Source: Rhodospirillales bacterium (lineage in GTDB: Bacteria > Pseudomonadota > Alphaproteobacteria > Rhodospirillales > GLO-3). From it: DNA of 64,000 bases. How positions within the stretch are numbered: the first letter of the stretch is position 1; the number at the start of each line of letters is the position of its first letter. The stretch covers positions 2,224-66,223 of the forward strand of contig PIVK01000016.1 of the NCBI GenBank assembly GCA_003354135.1, read 5' to 3'. Position numbers and translations under genes: made by a program. The notes below the pieces were generated by a model, which was given only the letters and a program-made list of their open reading frames with translations, had not been told where the DNA came from and ran no database searches. Shown here piece after piece: positions 45,701 to 55,240 of the stretch.

Positions 45701-48538
45701 GGGCCGTTTTGCGAGGGAACAACGGACGACGATGGACGTCTTACGTGCGCGAAACGCGTCGAGCACTCCGGTAAAATCTACGGTGTCGCTCGGGTCGATA
45801 CCCCCGAGGGCATAGAGCAGGTTACACATGCCGGCGCTTGGGTGCCGGGGAAGGACGCATGGTGGTTCAGGGCCTCGGACACGGACCAGATGGATGTCCT
45901 GCCCGAGAAACGGAGTTACGAGCCCGGAGACACCGCGCGCTTTCAGGTCCGCATGCCGTTCCGGAAGGCTCGTGCCCTGGTTACCGTGGAGCGCGAGGGC
46001 GTTCTCGATTACTTCCTTCAGACGCTCGACGGGAATGCGCCCATTGTCTCGGTGCCCATCCGCGATACCTTTGCCCCCAATGTCTATGTGGGGGTTCTCG
46101 CGGTGCGGGGGCGGGTGGCCGACATCAAGCCCACCGGCCTCGTGGACCTTGGGCGGCCCGCATTCAAGTTGGGCATGGCCGAGATCGATGTCGGATGGAG
46201 ACGCCATCGGCTGGATGTTGTCGTAGAAGCCGAGCGCGAAGTCTATGAAGTTCGCGATAAGGCAACCGTGCGTGTTCGCGTAAAACCGAGGAACGGCAAT
46301 CCTCTTCCAAAGAACGCCGAAGTCGCGGTTGCCGCAGTCGACGCAGGCCTACTGGAATTGAAACCCAATAACAATTGGGATCTCCTCGGCACCATGATGG
46401 GACCGCGTTCCAACGAGACCGTTACCGCCACCGCTCAGATGCGGGTCGTTGGAAAGCGGCATTATGGTCAGAAGACGCGCCCCGACGGTGGCGGTGGCGG
46501 ACGGGGCACGGTCCGCGAGGTGTTCGACTCACTGTTGTTGTGGAAAGGAAGGGTGGCGCTCGACGAGAACGGAGAGGCGGTCGTCCGGATTCCGCTCAAC
46601 GATTCCCTGACGCGGTTCAAGATCGTCGCGGTCGCGTCGGCCGGAGAGGACAAATTCGGCACCGGATCGACGTCGATCCGGACTACGCAGAGTCTAATGA
46701 TCTTTCCGGGAATTACGCCCCTGGTGCGCGAGGGCGATCGGATTATCACGCCGTTCACGCTTCGCAATACGACGGACGATCCCATGGATCTGTCCGTATC
46801 CCTTTCAGTGCAGGGGATGGAGCAGGCACCGTCTCCGCGCGACGTCACGGTTCCGGCCAAGGACAGCGTGATGGTTTCTTGGGATATGACGATCCCATTC
46901 GATCAACGTGTTCTTCGGTATCATCTCGAAGTCCGCAAAGGGGACCAGATCGCCGATGCCCTTTCGATAGAGCAGAAGGTCAAACCGGCCGTCCCCGTGC
47001 GCGCCCTGCAGGGCACGTTTGCCCAGTTGACCGAGCCCTTCACGATGACGGCACGCATTCCCGACGACGCCGTGCCGGGGCGCGGCGGCATGAAGATCGA
47101 GGCCAGTACCAGCTTGGTCGACGTGGGTTTGAGCGGGGTGGTCGATTATATGCGGAGCTACCCATATAGCTGTTTCGAACAGCAGGCATCCGTGGCCGTT
47201 GCACTCGGCGATGCCGCCCGGTGGGAATCCCTGATGAGCAGGCTCGCCCTGTATCTGGATGGTAACGGGCTGATCAAGTATTTCCCCCGCATGCGGCGCG
47301 GAAGCGTGGTGTTGAGCGCCTATATCCTGGCTATTGCCCATGAGCGCGGCTGGGCCGTTCCGGACGGTGAGCGCCAGCGGGTTCTTCGGGGATTGCGGAA
47401 CTTCGTGACCGGGCGTTTGCACCGCGTCGACATCTTCGTCGAGGAATACATGAGCGTCGTCAAGCTGCAGGCGATCGAGGTCTTGAGCCGCTACGAGATG
47501 GCATCCCCGGACCTTCTTGAGAGCATCGAAATCCATCCCCGCGAGCTTCCAACCTCGGCCTTGATGGATTGGCTCAACATCCTTTACCGCGTGACGGGGA
47601 TTGCCGATGCCGATCGTCTGAGGAGCGAAAGCGAGAACCTCCTTCGGTCGCGTATTCGCTACGACGGCCGCATCATGCGGTTCACCACAAGTGAACGCGA
47701 CGACCTGTGGTGGCTCATGACCGACGGTGACTCCAATGCGATCCGTTTTCTTCTCACGGCAATGGAGTTCGGCCTTTGGTCCGACGACCGGGCGCGCCTC
47801 CTGGAGGGAGCCCTATCGCGACAGCAAAAAGGACATTGGAAGCTGACGACCTCCAATGCCTATGGCGCGGTCGCGTTGCGGAAATTCGCTGCCGCATTCG
47901 AGAGAGAGACGCTCGACGGACTGACCCGCATCCGCTTCGGGCCCGAGACAGCGGACGTCCCTTGGCAGGACGGGAAGACGAAAGGCGAAGCCCTGCTTCC
48001 CTGGGGCGGGATCGGAGAACGGAGGGACCTTGAGATGCGTCACGAGGGGAAGGGGGCCCCCTGGGTCTCGGTGCTGAGCATGGCGGCCGTTCCCTTCAAG
48101 GTCCCCGTCGACGCCGGCTTCGCCGTCCGCAAGACGATAACACCCATCACCCGTAAATCGGAAGACAGGTGGAGCGTAGGAGACGAAATCCGGGTCCATC
48201 TGGAAATCGATGCTCCGGCCGACATGACATGGGTGGTCATCGATGATCCGGTCCCGGCCGGCGCCGCAATGATGGGGAGCGGCCTCGGCGGTGAAACCGT
48301 CATTGCCCAGCAGGGGGAAGAGACCAAGGGACGCGCCCGTCTCGCGTTTAAGGAGCATGCCTTTGACGGCATGCGAGCCTATTTTTCCTTCGTTCGTCAA
48401 GGGACATGGTCTTTGGATTACACCTATCTCTTGAACGCTGCGGGAACCTTCCAAATGCCTCCGACCCGGGTCGAGGCTTTGTACAAACCCGAAATGTTCG
48501 GTGTTCTGCCCAATGAGACATTTGTTGTCGAGGAATAG
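42785..48538 (+). CDS. bacterial alpha-2-macroglobulin family protein (thioester-containing)
   Basis: It is 1917 aa from ATG 42785 and has a signal peptide. The thioester motif CFEQ lies at 47171-47182. pbpC follows directly. Confidence 0.88.
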   Translation: MISARGILVGAFLGVFTTIFLSAEAVADFRVEAFSPQGNVRDVRQVHVRFSEEAVAFGDPRDRDAPFTTDCPQTAQSRWVDGRNWVHEYKEQLPGGVRCVFNARPSLKSLAGQPLTGESAFIFSTGGATPLAVYPGEGFRDISPDQVFILALDAPADPSSVEQHAYFEVEGIASRVEVSVLPAGKTSEIAEDIYRSVWPEQSGSVEETAKIAEGIYLFRRMREKPKIGLRAKQRFPPGRKIRLIWARDIETPGGVPTGRDEHRAFDYTSAPPFTVSVRCRRKDESEGCDPLGEIRLVFSSFVDAAQVAEIKLMGGPRGKRVAEPRSKGATRHAVFHPPFPPNTEFRVVIPENLRSMDGRSLPGGGSGTVEIATGDFPPLAKFSGRFGILEREDSPVLPVTIRNLEPDLKVRSEVSSSPAYGLRHWLQDAIRDLSGRTLRLSPDQSGHASEQRREIVRYMQKLHAVDGVAQYRNSLIGGQETGPSAERLRIPPPKGRNRTEVVGIPLEDPGFYIVEIASRNLAEQLLNRPDRPVEEPPKYMYAATGALVTNMSAHLKRGRENALIWVTRLNDAEPVQGAKVSVLNCRGEEIWIDETNADGVAISKTPLPETRCSLRPYQSGLFVFAEHRGDVTFAHSSWDDGIEVWRFPGTRHSTANRQTPLIGHTVLGRSLFRAGETVSMKHFLRRHRSNGMDVPDTLEAWNSMEIIHRGSGQKFQFNLDWDALGIAQTTWTIPNAAKLGTYTVSFKKKKKKRRWKTIITGSFDVQEFKVPLTRGTIKGPETKLVRATSFPLDFGVRYLAGGGAGGLPVKLRSQFTEARSVFRSKGYPGFAFNAGAPRKDPWKPERRTLAHTALKLDDAGTGRYTLSDIPASDKAVNVLTEMSYRDPNGNIRTVVHRETVHPSRWNVGIKAKSWIPKDGELSFTAVLLDLDGTPVPGKSLGIDLVKQEHLSHRKKLAGGIYGYEHEVKLTPLGPFCEGTTDDDGRLTCAKRVEHSGKIYGVARVDTPEGIEQVTHAGAWVPGKDAWWFRASDTDQMDVLPEKRSYEPGDTARFQVRMPFRKARALVTVEREGVLDYFLQTLDGNAPIVSVPIRDTFAPNVYVGVLAVRGRVADIKPTGLVDLGRPAFKLGMAEIDVGWRRHRLDVVVEAEREVYEVRDKATVRVRVKPRNGNPLPKNAEVAVAAVDAGLLELKPNNNWDLLGTMMGPRSNETVTATAQMRVVGKRHYGQKTRPDGGGGGRGTVREVFDSLLLWKGRVALDENGEAVVRIPLNDSLTRFKIVAVASAGEDKFGTGSTSIRTTQSLMIFPGITPLVREGDRIITPFTLRNTTDDPMDLSVSLSVQGMEQAPSPRDVTVPAKDSVMVSWDMTIPFDQRVLRYHLEVRKGDQIADALSIEQKVKPAVPVRALQGTFAQLTEPFTMTARIPDDAVPGRGGMKIEASTSLVDVGLSGVVDYMRSYPYSCFEQQASVAVALGDAARWESLMSRLALYLDGNGLIKYFPRMRRGSVVLSAYILAIAHERGWAVPDGERQRVLRGLRNFVTGRLHRVDIFVEEYMSVVKLQAIEVLSRYEMASPDLLESIEIHPRELPTSALMDWLNILYRVTGIADADRLRSESENLLRSRIRYDGRIMRFTTSERDDLWWLMTDGDSNAIRFLLTAMEFGLWSDDRARLLEGALSRQQKGHWKLTTSNAYGAVALRKFAAAFERETLDGLTRIRFGPETADVPWQDGKTKGEALLPWGGIGERRDLEMRHEGKGAPWVSVLSMAAVPFKVPVDAGFAVRKTITPITRKSEDRWSVGDEIRVHLEIDAPADMTWVVIDDPVPAGAAMMGSGLGGETVIAQQGEETKGRARLAFKEHAFDGMRAYFSFVRQGTWSLDYTYLLNAAGTFQMPPTRVEALYKPEMFGVLPNETFVVEE

Positions 48539-50645
48539 GCTCATCGGCGGGGTTGCCGTCCTCGTCCTCCTCGGGGGCGGATTTTGGGTTGGGGAGCTTT
48601 CTCCCCAGCCGGCGGTCCCGACTTTCGAACACGTTCTCGCCACCTACCGTTCCTCCGAGACGGCCCTGCTTGACCGACACGGAGAGGTCTTGCACGTGAC
48701 CCGGTCAGATTTTTCCGGACGGCGCCTTTCCTGGACGCCGTTGGGAAGGATTTCCCCCGCATTGACCCGGAGCGTAATCGCTGCCGAAGATCGGCGGTTC
48801 CATGGGCATGAAGGTGTCGATGTTCTTGCCCTGCTCGGGTCCGCGTCTGCTCTCCTGCGGCTGGAGCGGCCGCGGGGGGCCAGTACGATCAGCATGCAGT
48901 TGGCGGGCCTTCTCCTTCCCGACATCGCGCCTCGGTCAGGCGGGCGGACACTCGCTCAGAAATGGCGTCAGATGCGGGCCGCATGGGCGATCGAGACCCT
49001 TTGGAGCAAGGCCGGAATCCTTGAGGCCTATCTCAACCTCGTTTCGTACCGGAGCGAGTTGAAGGGCATCTCGGCAGCGGCGCGGGCACTCTTCGATAAG
49101 GACCCGTCAGGCCTCAATCTCCGGGAGGCGGCGATCCTCGCCGCTCTGATCCGGGCGCCGAATGCACCCCCGGCAAGGGTCGCCGCTCGCGCTTGCGCCC
49201 TTCTGGACGGCGACTGTGTCCGTATCGAGGCCAGTGTTTCCAAAGCCCTGACGCCCCCCTACCGGGTGCGCCGCGCCGAGAACGATGCCTACCATGCCCT
49301 GCACCGCCTGGCTGCTCCGGTTGGTCCCGCGGAAGCCGTCCCCTCGACCTTGGATGCCGGCTTGCAGCGTTTTGTCCTTCAGGTGGTGCAAAATCATGTC
49401 GAGGGGGTGGCCGATCGGAACCTGCACGACGCAGCCGTGATCGTTGCCGACAATGCGACCGGGGAGGTGCTGGCCTATGTCGGGAGCAGCGGGGATCTGT
49501 CGGAGGCACGTTTCGTCGATGGGGTGCAGGCGAGGCGCCAAGCCGGTTCGACTCTCAAGCCCTTCATCTATGGACTGGCTATCGAACGCAGGTACCTGAC
49601 GGCGGCAACTCTCCTCGATGACAGCCCCATCGAGATTCCAATTGCCGCGAGCGGGGTATATCGGCCACGGAACTACGACGGGATCTTTCGCGGGCCGGTC
49701 ACCGTCCGCGAGGCCTTGGCGTCGTCCCTCAACACACCGGCCGTGCGGACAATTCTTTCCGTTGGGCCGGAAGAGGCGGTTGTCCGCCTTTCCAACCTGG
49801 GTCTCCGCAACCTGATGGCTCCGGAGTTCTACGGGGCTTCCCTTGCCTTGGGCAGCGCGGATGTGACCCTCTGGGAATTAACCAACGCTTATCGAGCACT
49901 GGCCAATGGCGGTCTGCGGGGACCGCTGCGCCTGTCGCCCAGGAAGGGTGTGGAACCGGAGAGGCGGGTTATGGCGCAGGGGCCCGCTTTCATCGTTACC
50001 TCGATCCTATCGGACCGCGACGCCCGGTCCCTGGGGTTCGGGTTGGACTCACCGCTCGCAACGCCTTACTTCTCGGCGGTCAAGACGGGCACCAGCAAGG
50101 ACATGCGGGACAATTGGTGCATCGGGTTCTCGGATGCCTATACCGTCGGCGTCTGGGCCGGGAATTTCTCGGGCGAACCCATGTGGAATGTTAGCGGCAT
50201 TTCGGGAGCGGCCCCCATTTGGCGGGACATCATGGATCGCCTCAACGGCCATCGCCCCGGTCGGATGCCGTTACCGCCCAAAGGCGTCCACGCCCATCGT
50301 GTCGCGATCGCACCGACGGGGAAGGTCTATGAAGAATGGTTCCTGGCCGGGACCGAACCGACTTACGAAGTGGCGCGCCCCCGGCCTTCGGAGGCGCGGC
50401 CGCGGATCCTCTATCCCACGAACGGAACCATTCTTGCCGTCGATCCCGACATCCCACGGACCTTGCAGAAAGTCGTGTTCCAGGCGTCGGAAGACGACGA
50501 GGAATTGTCCTGGGTCCTCAACGGGAGAAAGCTTGGCCCAATCGACGCTTTCGAAGCGTGGAGCCCAGAGCCTGGAGAATTCCAACTGAGCTTGGAAAAG
50601 AATGGCGGAGAACCCGTCGACCACATCAGGTTTTCCGTTCGCTGA
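48513..50645 (+). CDS. pbpC: penicillin-binding protein 1C
   Basis: The glycosyltransferase motifs are AAEDRRFHGHEGVD and RKWRQMRAA. The transpeptidase motifs are STLKP and KTGTS. The C-terminal domain is PbpC-type. Confidence 0.88.
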   Translation: MRHLLSRNRLIGGVAVLVLLGGGFWVGELSPQPAVPTFEHVLATYRSSETALLDRHGEVLHVTRSDFSGRRLSWTPLGRISPALTRSVIAAEDRRFHGHEGVDVLALLGSASALLRLERPRGASTISMQLAGLLLPDIAPRSGGRTLAQKWRQMRAAWAIETLWSKAGILEAYLNLVSYRSELKGISAAARALFDKDPSGLNLREAAILAALIRAPNAPPARVAARACALLDGDCVRIEASVSKALTPPYRVRRAENDAYHALHRLAAPVGPAEAVPSTLDAGLQRFVLQVVQNHVEGVADRNLHDAAVIVADNATGEVLAYVGSSGDLSEARFVDGVQARRQAGSTLKPFIYGLAIERRYLTAATLLDDSPIEIPIAASGVYRPRNYDGIFRGPVTVREALASSLNTPAVRTILSVGPEEAVVRLSNLGLRNLMAPEFYGASLALGSADVTLWELTNAYRALANGGLRGPLRLSPRKGVEPERRVMAQGPAFIVTSILSDRDARSLGFGLDSPLATPYFSAVKTGTSKDMRDNWCIGFSDAYTVGVWAGNFSGEPMWNVSGISGAAPIWRDIMDRLNGHRPGRMPLPPKGVHAHRVAIAPTGKVYEEWFLAGTEPTYEVARPRPSEARPRILYPTNGTILAVDPDIPRTLQKVVFQASEDDEELSWVLNGRKLGPIDAFEAWSPEPGEFQLSLEKNGGEPVDHIRFSVR

Positions 50646-50874
50646 CGTGTCTCCTCGGCATTCGTTTCGAGGCAGCTACAAACGAAACCGCTTGATTGAA
50701 GTTCAACAGTTTGGCACCATATCTGGAGCTAGGAATCCTGTAATTTTCAATATGTTGAGGATCGGCTGAGTAACAGGGGCAACCCCCCGGGCATTCATGC
50801 GTTGCTGTGCTGACGGACGAGGTTGGGCAGGAGTGGGATGTTGGGTGCACCTTGGACATGGAGTCGGTTGCCCA

Positions 50875-53800
50875 ATGCCGATTGTTAAAAGGTTCTTTAA
50901 AAGGTTCTCTAAACTATCCGAGGCAATGGCCAGTTCCGCTAATGCGGAACCTTTACCGCTTTCCGCGTTCTTCGACTATCGCGCCATTGTTATTCTCGGG
51001 GAGCCTGGAATCGGCAAGACCACGGCGTTTGCTGCATCCAACAAAGAGGAAGGGAATGCCATATGCTGCACTGTCAGCGAGTTCCTGAATTTTCCTGACG
51101 GTGAATTTTGGGGCAAGACGATTTACCTCGATGCCTTGGATGAGCATCGGGCGGAGGAGGCCGGACAATCCGTAATAGCGGCGATTGTCGGTAAACTTCG
51201 AAAGCTCGGATCACCGAAAGTCCGCCTGTCCTGCCGAACGTTAGAATGGCACGGGGGGAGTGACGTCCGGGGACTGGGAAAGGCCGCGCAAGGCGAGGAC
51301 GTCCAAATTCTCAATTTGCTGCCCCTTTCGCCGGAGGATATCGAAACCATAGTTGCCGAGCAGGTGAATGATGTAAGTGCGTTCCTCGATGGTGCACGGC
51401 AAAGGGACTTGGAAAAACTCCTTTCCAACCCTGAAACCCTGAAGCTCTATTTGGAGGTATACAAGGATAGTGGCGGGTGGCCCGAGACCCGAAAAGACTT
51501 AATGAAAAAATCCGTCGCTTTGCTGCTGCGCGAGGAAAACGAGCAGCACACTCGTGTGCGAAGCGACAAAGTCTCTGATGAGAGGTTGAGGGCCGCCGCC
51601 GAAGACCTATCGGCGATTCACGCGTTCAGTAATGCGAAGGGGTTTACCTTATCGAAAGCAACTAAGGTAGCTGAGCATCCACCAATCCAGGAACTGACGG
51701 ATATCGACCTTGAGGCGGCAGGAATTGCAGCGCGGAGTAGACTGTTTGAGTCCAAGCCTTCCGGTTCCATAAAACCACAGCACAAGACGACGGGGGATTT
51801 CCTGGCAGCAACGGCATTGGCGCGCAGAATCTTAAAAGGTCATTTATCTCGGGGACGCGCCGACGGTCATTTATCTCGGGGACGCGCCATGTCCCTGATC
51901 ACGGGTAAGGATGGGAGGACACTGTCCCACCTTCGGGACATATACGCATGGCTAATCGCCCTGTTGCCGGGAGACGGGCAATATCTCTTACATGCCGATC
52001 CGTTCGGCGCATTGGTTTACGGGGATGTGGCGCAGTGGCCTGACGCGACCAGACGGGATTCCCTGAACATCTTGAGAGAGTATGCAACCAAGGATGATCC
52101 GTGGTTCCGCTCCGGGCATTGGCAGACTCCGTTGCTCGGTGGTTTGGCATCCGAGGGCATGGTGGAAGATTTCCGCCGAATTTTGAAAAACGAAGAAGAC
52201 CCCGGTGTAACGGGTGTCGTATTGAGCGCTCTTAAATACGGTTCCCGGTTACCGGAAATGGGTGATGACCTGTTGGTGTTTGTGCGCGATGAATCACGCC
52301 TTGAATGGCTCAAAAACGAAGCCCTGTTTGCACTCATCAATAATTGCCCGGATCGCATTTCTGACCTGAAAGAGATTCTGGGTGAAGTCCATTCGGGAGA
52401 TATCTCTGACAAAGACTTGGCCCTACGCACAACGCTTTTGTGTCAGCTTTATCCATCCGTCATCACCCCAGACGAGGTCGTTGAGTATTTCGTTAACGAT
52501 GGCCAAATAGCCTTAGGCAATTTCGGTTATTTCATTCACTGCAAATTAGTGCCCCTCACTCCTGACGAGGCATTGCCGAATCTGGCCGATGCCATGATTG
52601 CCCGTTCCGATAAGGTGAGACTGCTGAGTGATTTTGATAAAAAGCATATGGTCGGGCCCTTGGTGATCCAACTTCTAAAAGTACATGGAGACACGGCAAC
52701 GCCGGGAATGATTTTCAAGTGGCTAGGGCTCTATTTGGACAAGTACGGTCAGCACCGTCTGGACAACGATCATCAGAAATTTATCAGGGCCTATATCGAA
52801 GGGCGTGATGGCCTTTATGAGGCATTGTTCCGGTATTGGTTAGCGCACAGCAAGCCATCGGAGGACGAGCCTTGGTACGAATATGAATTTGGGTACCGAG
52901 TGCTCCATGCCGCAAAGCCAAGCAGCTTCTGCGCTACCCTACTTTCGATGGCGGAAAGGGAATCGGATCAATCTAAAGCCGATATGTTGTTCACTGAAGC
53001 GGCAAACCAGGTCATGCATGCCGATCCTGGGATCTTGCCGATTGTTTTGGATGACCTATATGAATTTGCTGTTCAGCATCCTCGTTTCTTATCGACATGG
53101 GACAAGGTGTGCTGGTGTGGTCTGTATGACCGCCATTTCGAACATAAGCTAGAGAAGCAGAGCCATCAGGATGATCAGAAGGCGCGCCGCACGGCGGATG
53201 TCAAATTTCTAAAAAGCCAGATTGCTGATCTTCGCGCCGGCCGGGCCATTCAAAGTCTCCGTTATGGGGCAGAGCATTGGTTTGGCTATTCAATGGGATC
53301 AGATGGAAAACTTCAGCCGTTTGAGCGCCTTGCTGAGGTAACAAGCACTGACATTGCGAAAGCCATGGCGGCCGGATTCGAGGTTCTTCTAAAAGGCAAG
53401 GAGCAGCACAGCCCAGCGTCCATTGCCGAGCTTGCCTGCAAATCACAGAGTCACTATGTGGGCTACCCAATTCTAGCCGGTGCCGATATCGTAGCGGCAC
53501 GCTCCCAGGAGGAATTCCTTGCGTTACCTGACGCAAATCTCAAGGCCGCACTAGCCTATCGAGTTCTTTTTCCGTGCCCTGAGCACGATTGGGAGGACTG
53601 GATTTTTAAGCACAAACCAGCTTTGGGACAGGAGGTTCTTGAGGATGTATGGCGTGCCGAAATTAAGGGTGGAAAAACGCGGGACTTGAGCAGACTTTAT
53701 ATCGAAAAAACAGAGAATCCCGTCACCCTGCTGATCCTTAGGGGCATTCAAAAAGTTCTTACTGAAAATCCGCAGCCTTCCGCAGAAATTTTGCGCACCA

Positions 53801-54927
53801 TGTTAACCGCCATTCTACAACATGGCGATCCTGAGGTGTTGCGAAGCATTGCCGTACCCACGCTCCAAAGCGGCAAGCTGCGTGGCGAAAAACATACCCT
53901 TTGGCTGGCCACTGCGAGCCTGCTGGACCCGGGAACCTACTCCCAGAAACTGAAACGGAAAGCGAAAGAAAGTGTTCGGGACATGTGGGCGGCCTATCAT
54001 ATTTTGATAGCAGGCGCGGGAAGTCCGATGAACGGTTATGAGAGGACCCCACAGCTACAGATGGCGATTTCGATCCTTGGTAGTATGTTCGGGTTTAAGC
54101 GTAAAAAGCGTAAAAAACGTGATAGGTGCGTCTCAGAAGTGGACCCTAATGAGAAAGCGACCCGAGAGATCAACGACCTGATCAACGCCCTGTCAGGCTT
54201 ACCAACGCAAGATGCGGCCCATTCATTAGAGGCGCTGTGTACGGACCAGTCATTGCATGAATGGAGCGAGCACCTACTCCATGCAAAGACGCTGCAGGCC
54301 AAGAACATGCGGGATATGACGTTTAAACCTGTCAGCCCGGCGGAGGTCTGCAAATTCCTGGCAAACGGTGCTCCGGCGAACATGCAGGATCTGCAAGCGA
54401 CCACATTGGATATTCTAGACGATATCGCTCCAACGATTCATGACTCGAACACCAACCGTTGGAAGAATTTCTGGGGGCTTCGCGGGCGCGGCAAACCAGA
54501 ACGACCGAAGATCGAAAACGATTGCCGTGATGTCTTGCTGGATATGATGCGGCCCGCATTTGCTGCGCGTGACATAACAGCCGAGCCTGAAGCGTGTGCC
54601 GCAAACGACAAGCGTGTCGATATCCGCCTGACATCAAGAGATATCGGTACGCTGCCCATAGAGATCAAACGTGACGAGAACCCGGAAGTGTGGTCCGGCA
54701 TGGAGGAACAGCTGGTCCGGCTCTACGCTAACGACCCGAACACGCATGGGCGCGGAGTATTCTTGGTGTTTTGGTTCGGAGACGGGAATTTGGCGGGGCC
54801 TCCGAAAAAACTAGGGATATCAAAGCCAAAGACCGCCGATGAATTGCAAAAGGCACTTGAGAGAATCAAGCCTAATCGATGTATCGAAGTGAGGGTCATG
54901 GATGTATCCAAGCCTAATGACGGGTGA
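50875..54927 (+). CDS. NACHT/STAND-type P-loop NTPase with long helical region and C-terminal PD-(D/E)xK-like nuclease module
   Basis: Walker A is GEPGIGKTT (50998-51024), and the Walker B-like segment is IYLDALDE. SNPETLKL is also present. About 900 aa are helical. The C-terminus has ENDCRD...RVDIRL...LPIEIKRD (D at 54619, ExK at 54661). The gene is more AT-rich than its flanks. Confidence 0.75.
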   Translation: MPIVKRFFKRFSKLSEAMASSANAEPLPLSAFFDYRAIVILGEPGIGKTTAFAASNKEEGNAICCTVSEFLNFPDGEFWGKTIYLDALDEHRAEEAGQSVIAAIVGKLRKLGSPKVRLSCRTLEWHGGSDVRGLGKAAQGEDVQILNLLPLSPEDIETIVAEQVNDVSAFLDGARQRDLEKLLSNPETLKLYLEVYKDSGGWPETRKDLMKKSVALLLREENEQHTRVRSDKVSDERLRAAAEDLSAIHAFSNAKGFTLSKATKVAEHPPIQELTDIDLEAAGIAARSRLFESKPSGSIKPQHKTTGDFLAATALARRILKGHLSRGRADGHLSRGRAMSLITGKDGRTLSHLRDIYAWLIALLPGDGQYLLHADPFGALVYGDVAQWPDATRRDSLNILREYATKDDPWFRSGHWQTPLLGGLASEGMVEDFRRILKNEEDPGVTGVVLSALKYGSRLPEMGDDLLVFVRDESRLEWLKNEALFALINNCPDRISDLKEILGEVHSGDISDKDLALRTTLLCQLYPSVITPDEVVEYFVNDGQIALGNFGYFIHCKLVPLTPDEALPNLADAMIARSDKVRLLSDFDKKHMVGPLVIQLLKVHGDTATPGMIFKWLGLYLDKYGQHRLDNDHQKFIRAYIEGRDGLYEALFRYWLAHSKPSEDEPWYEYEFGYRVLHAAKPSSFCATLLSMAERESDQSKADMLFTEAANQVMHADPGILPIVLDDLYEFAVQHPRFLSTWDKVCWCGLYDRHFEHKLEKQSHQDDQKARRTADVKFLKSQIADLRAGRAIQSLRYGAEHWFGYSMGSDGKLQPFERLAEVTSTDIAKAMAAGFEVLLKGKEQHSPASIAELACKSQSHYVGYPILAGADIVAARSQEEFLALPDANLKAALAYRVLFPCPEHDWEDWIFKHKPALGQEVLEDVWRAEIKGGKTRDLSRLYIEKTENPVTLLILRGIQKVLTENPQPSAEILRTMLTAILQHGDPEVLRSIAVPTLQSGKLRGEKHTLWLATASLLDPGTYSQKLKRKAKESVRDMWAAYHILIAGAGSPMNGYERTPQLQMAISILGSMFGFKRKKRKKRDRCVSEVDPNEKATREINDLINALSGLPTQDAAHSLEALCTDQSLHEWSEHLLHAKTLQAKNMRDMTFKPVSPAEVCKFLANGAPANMQDLQATTLDILDDIAPTIHDSNTNRWKNFWGLRGRGKPERPKIENDCRDVLLDMMRPAFAARDITAEPEACAANDKRVDIRLTSRDIGTLPIEIKRDENPEVWSGMEEQLVRLYANDPNTHGRGVFLVFWFGDGNLAGPPKKLGISKPKTADELQKALERIKPNRCIEVRVMDVSKPNDG
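51838..51891. repeat. 27-bp in-frame tandem duplication inside the NACHT gene
   Basis: GGTCATTTATCTCGGGGACGCGCC occurs at 51838-51861 and 51865-51888. This gives GHLSRGRA-D-GHLSRGRA. Confidence 0.9.
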
Positions 54928-55103
54928 GTGGACTGGCCCCCGTTTCGACCGGACAGTCGGCATGGACGCGGTGGCGGTAGCCGGCGCCCTCGATCCGAAC
55001 GACGATGGGGGCCCTGAACGCCTCGCCCCATTCGGCGAAGCCGCAGCTTTCATTTACCGGGAGAACCGACAAAAGCCCCATGAAGGGGGCCCGTTCACGG
55101 GTA

Positions 55104-55179
55104 TGGCTGGGGCGGGAGGACTCGAACCTCCGAATGCCGGTACCAAAAACCGGTGCCTTAACCACTTGGCTACGCCCCA
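55104..55179 (-). tRNA. tRNA-Gln (anticodon TTG)
   Basis: The manual cloverleaf is as follows. The acceptor is TGGGGCG/CGCCCCA. The anticodon arm is CCGGT-TTTTGGT-ACCGG. The T arm is GGAGG-TTCGAGT-CCTCC. The 3' end is an encoded GCCA. It is close to E. coli tRNA-Gln. Confidence 0.9.
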
Positions 55180-55240
55180 TCGGCTACTCGAACGGCGCGA
55201 ACATAAGCCTATTCGCGACGCCCCGCAACAGGGCACCCCG

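Noticed and set aside
50646-55103. Search for a direct repeat of the tRNA-Gln 3' end, and for an integrase, to delimit an island around the NACHT gene
   Set aside because: By eye, no copy of TGGCTGGGGCGGGAGGACTCGAACC or a sub-segment was found at 50646-50874, 42250-42784 or 36230-36300. No integrase gene is present. I therefore make no claim of island boundaries.
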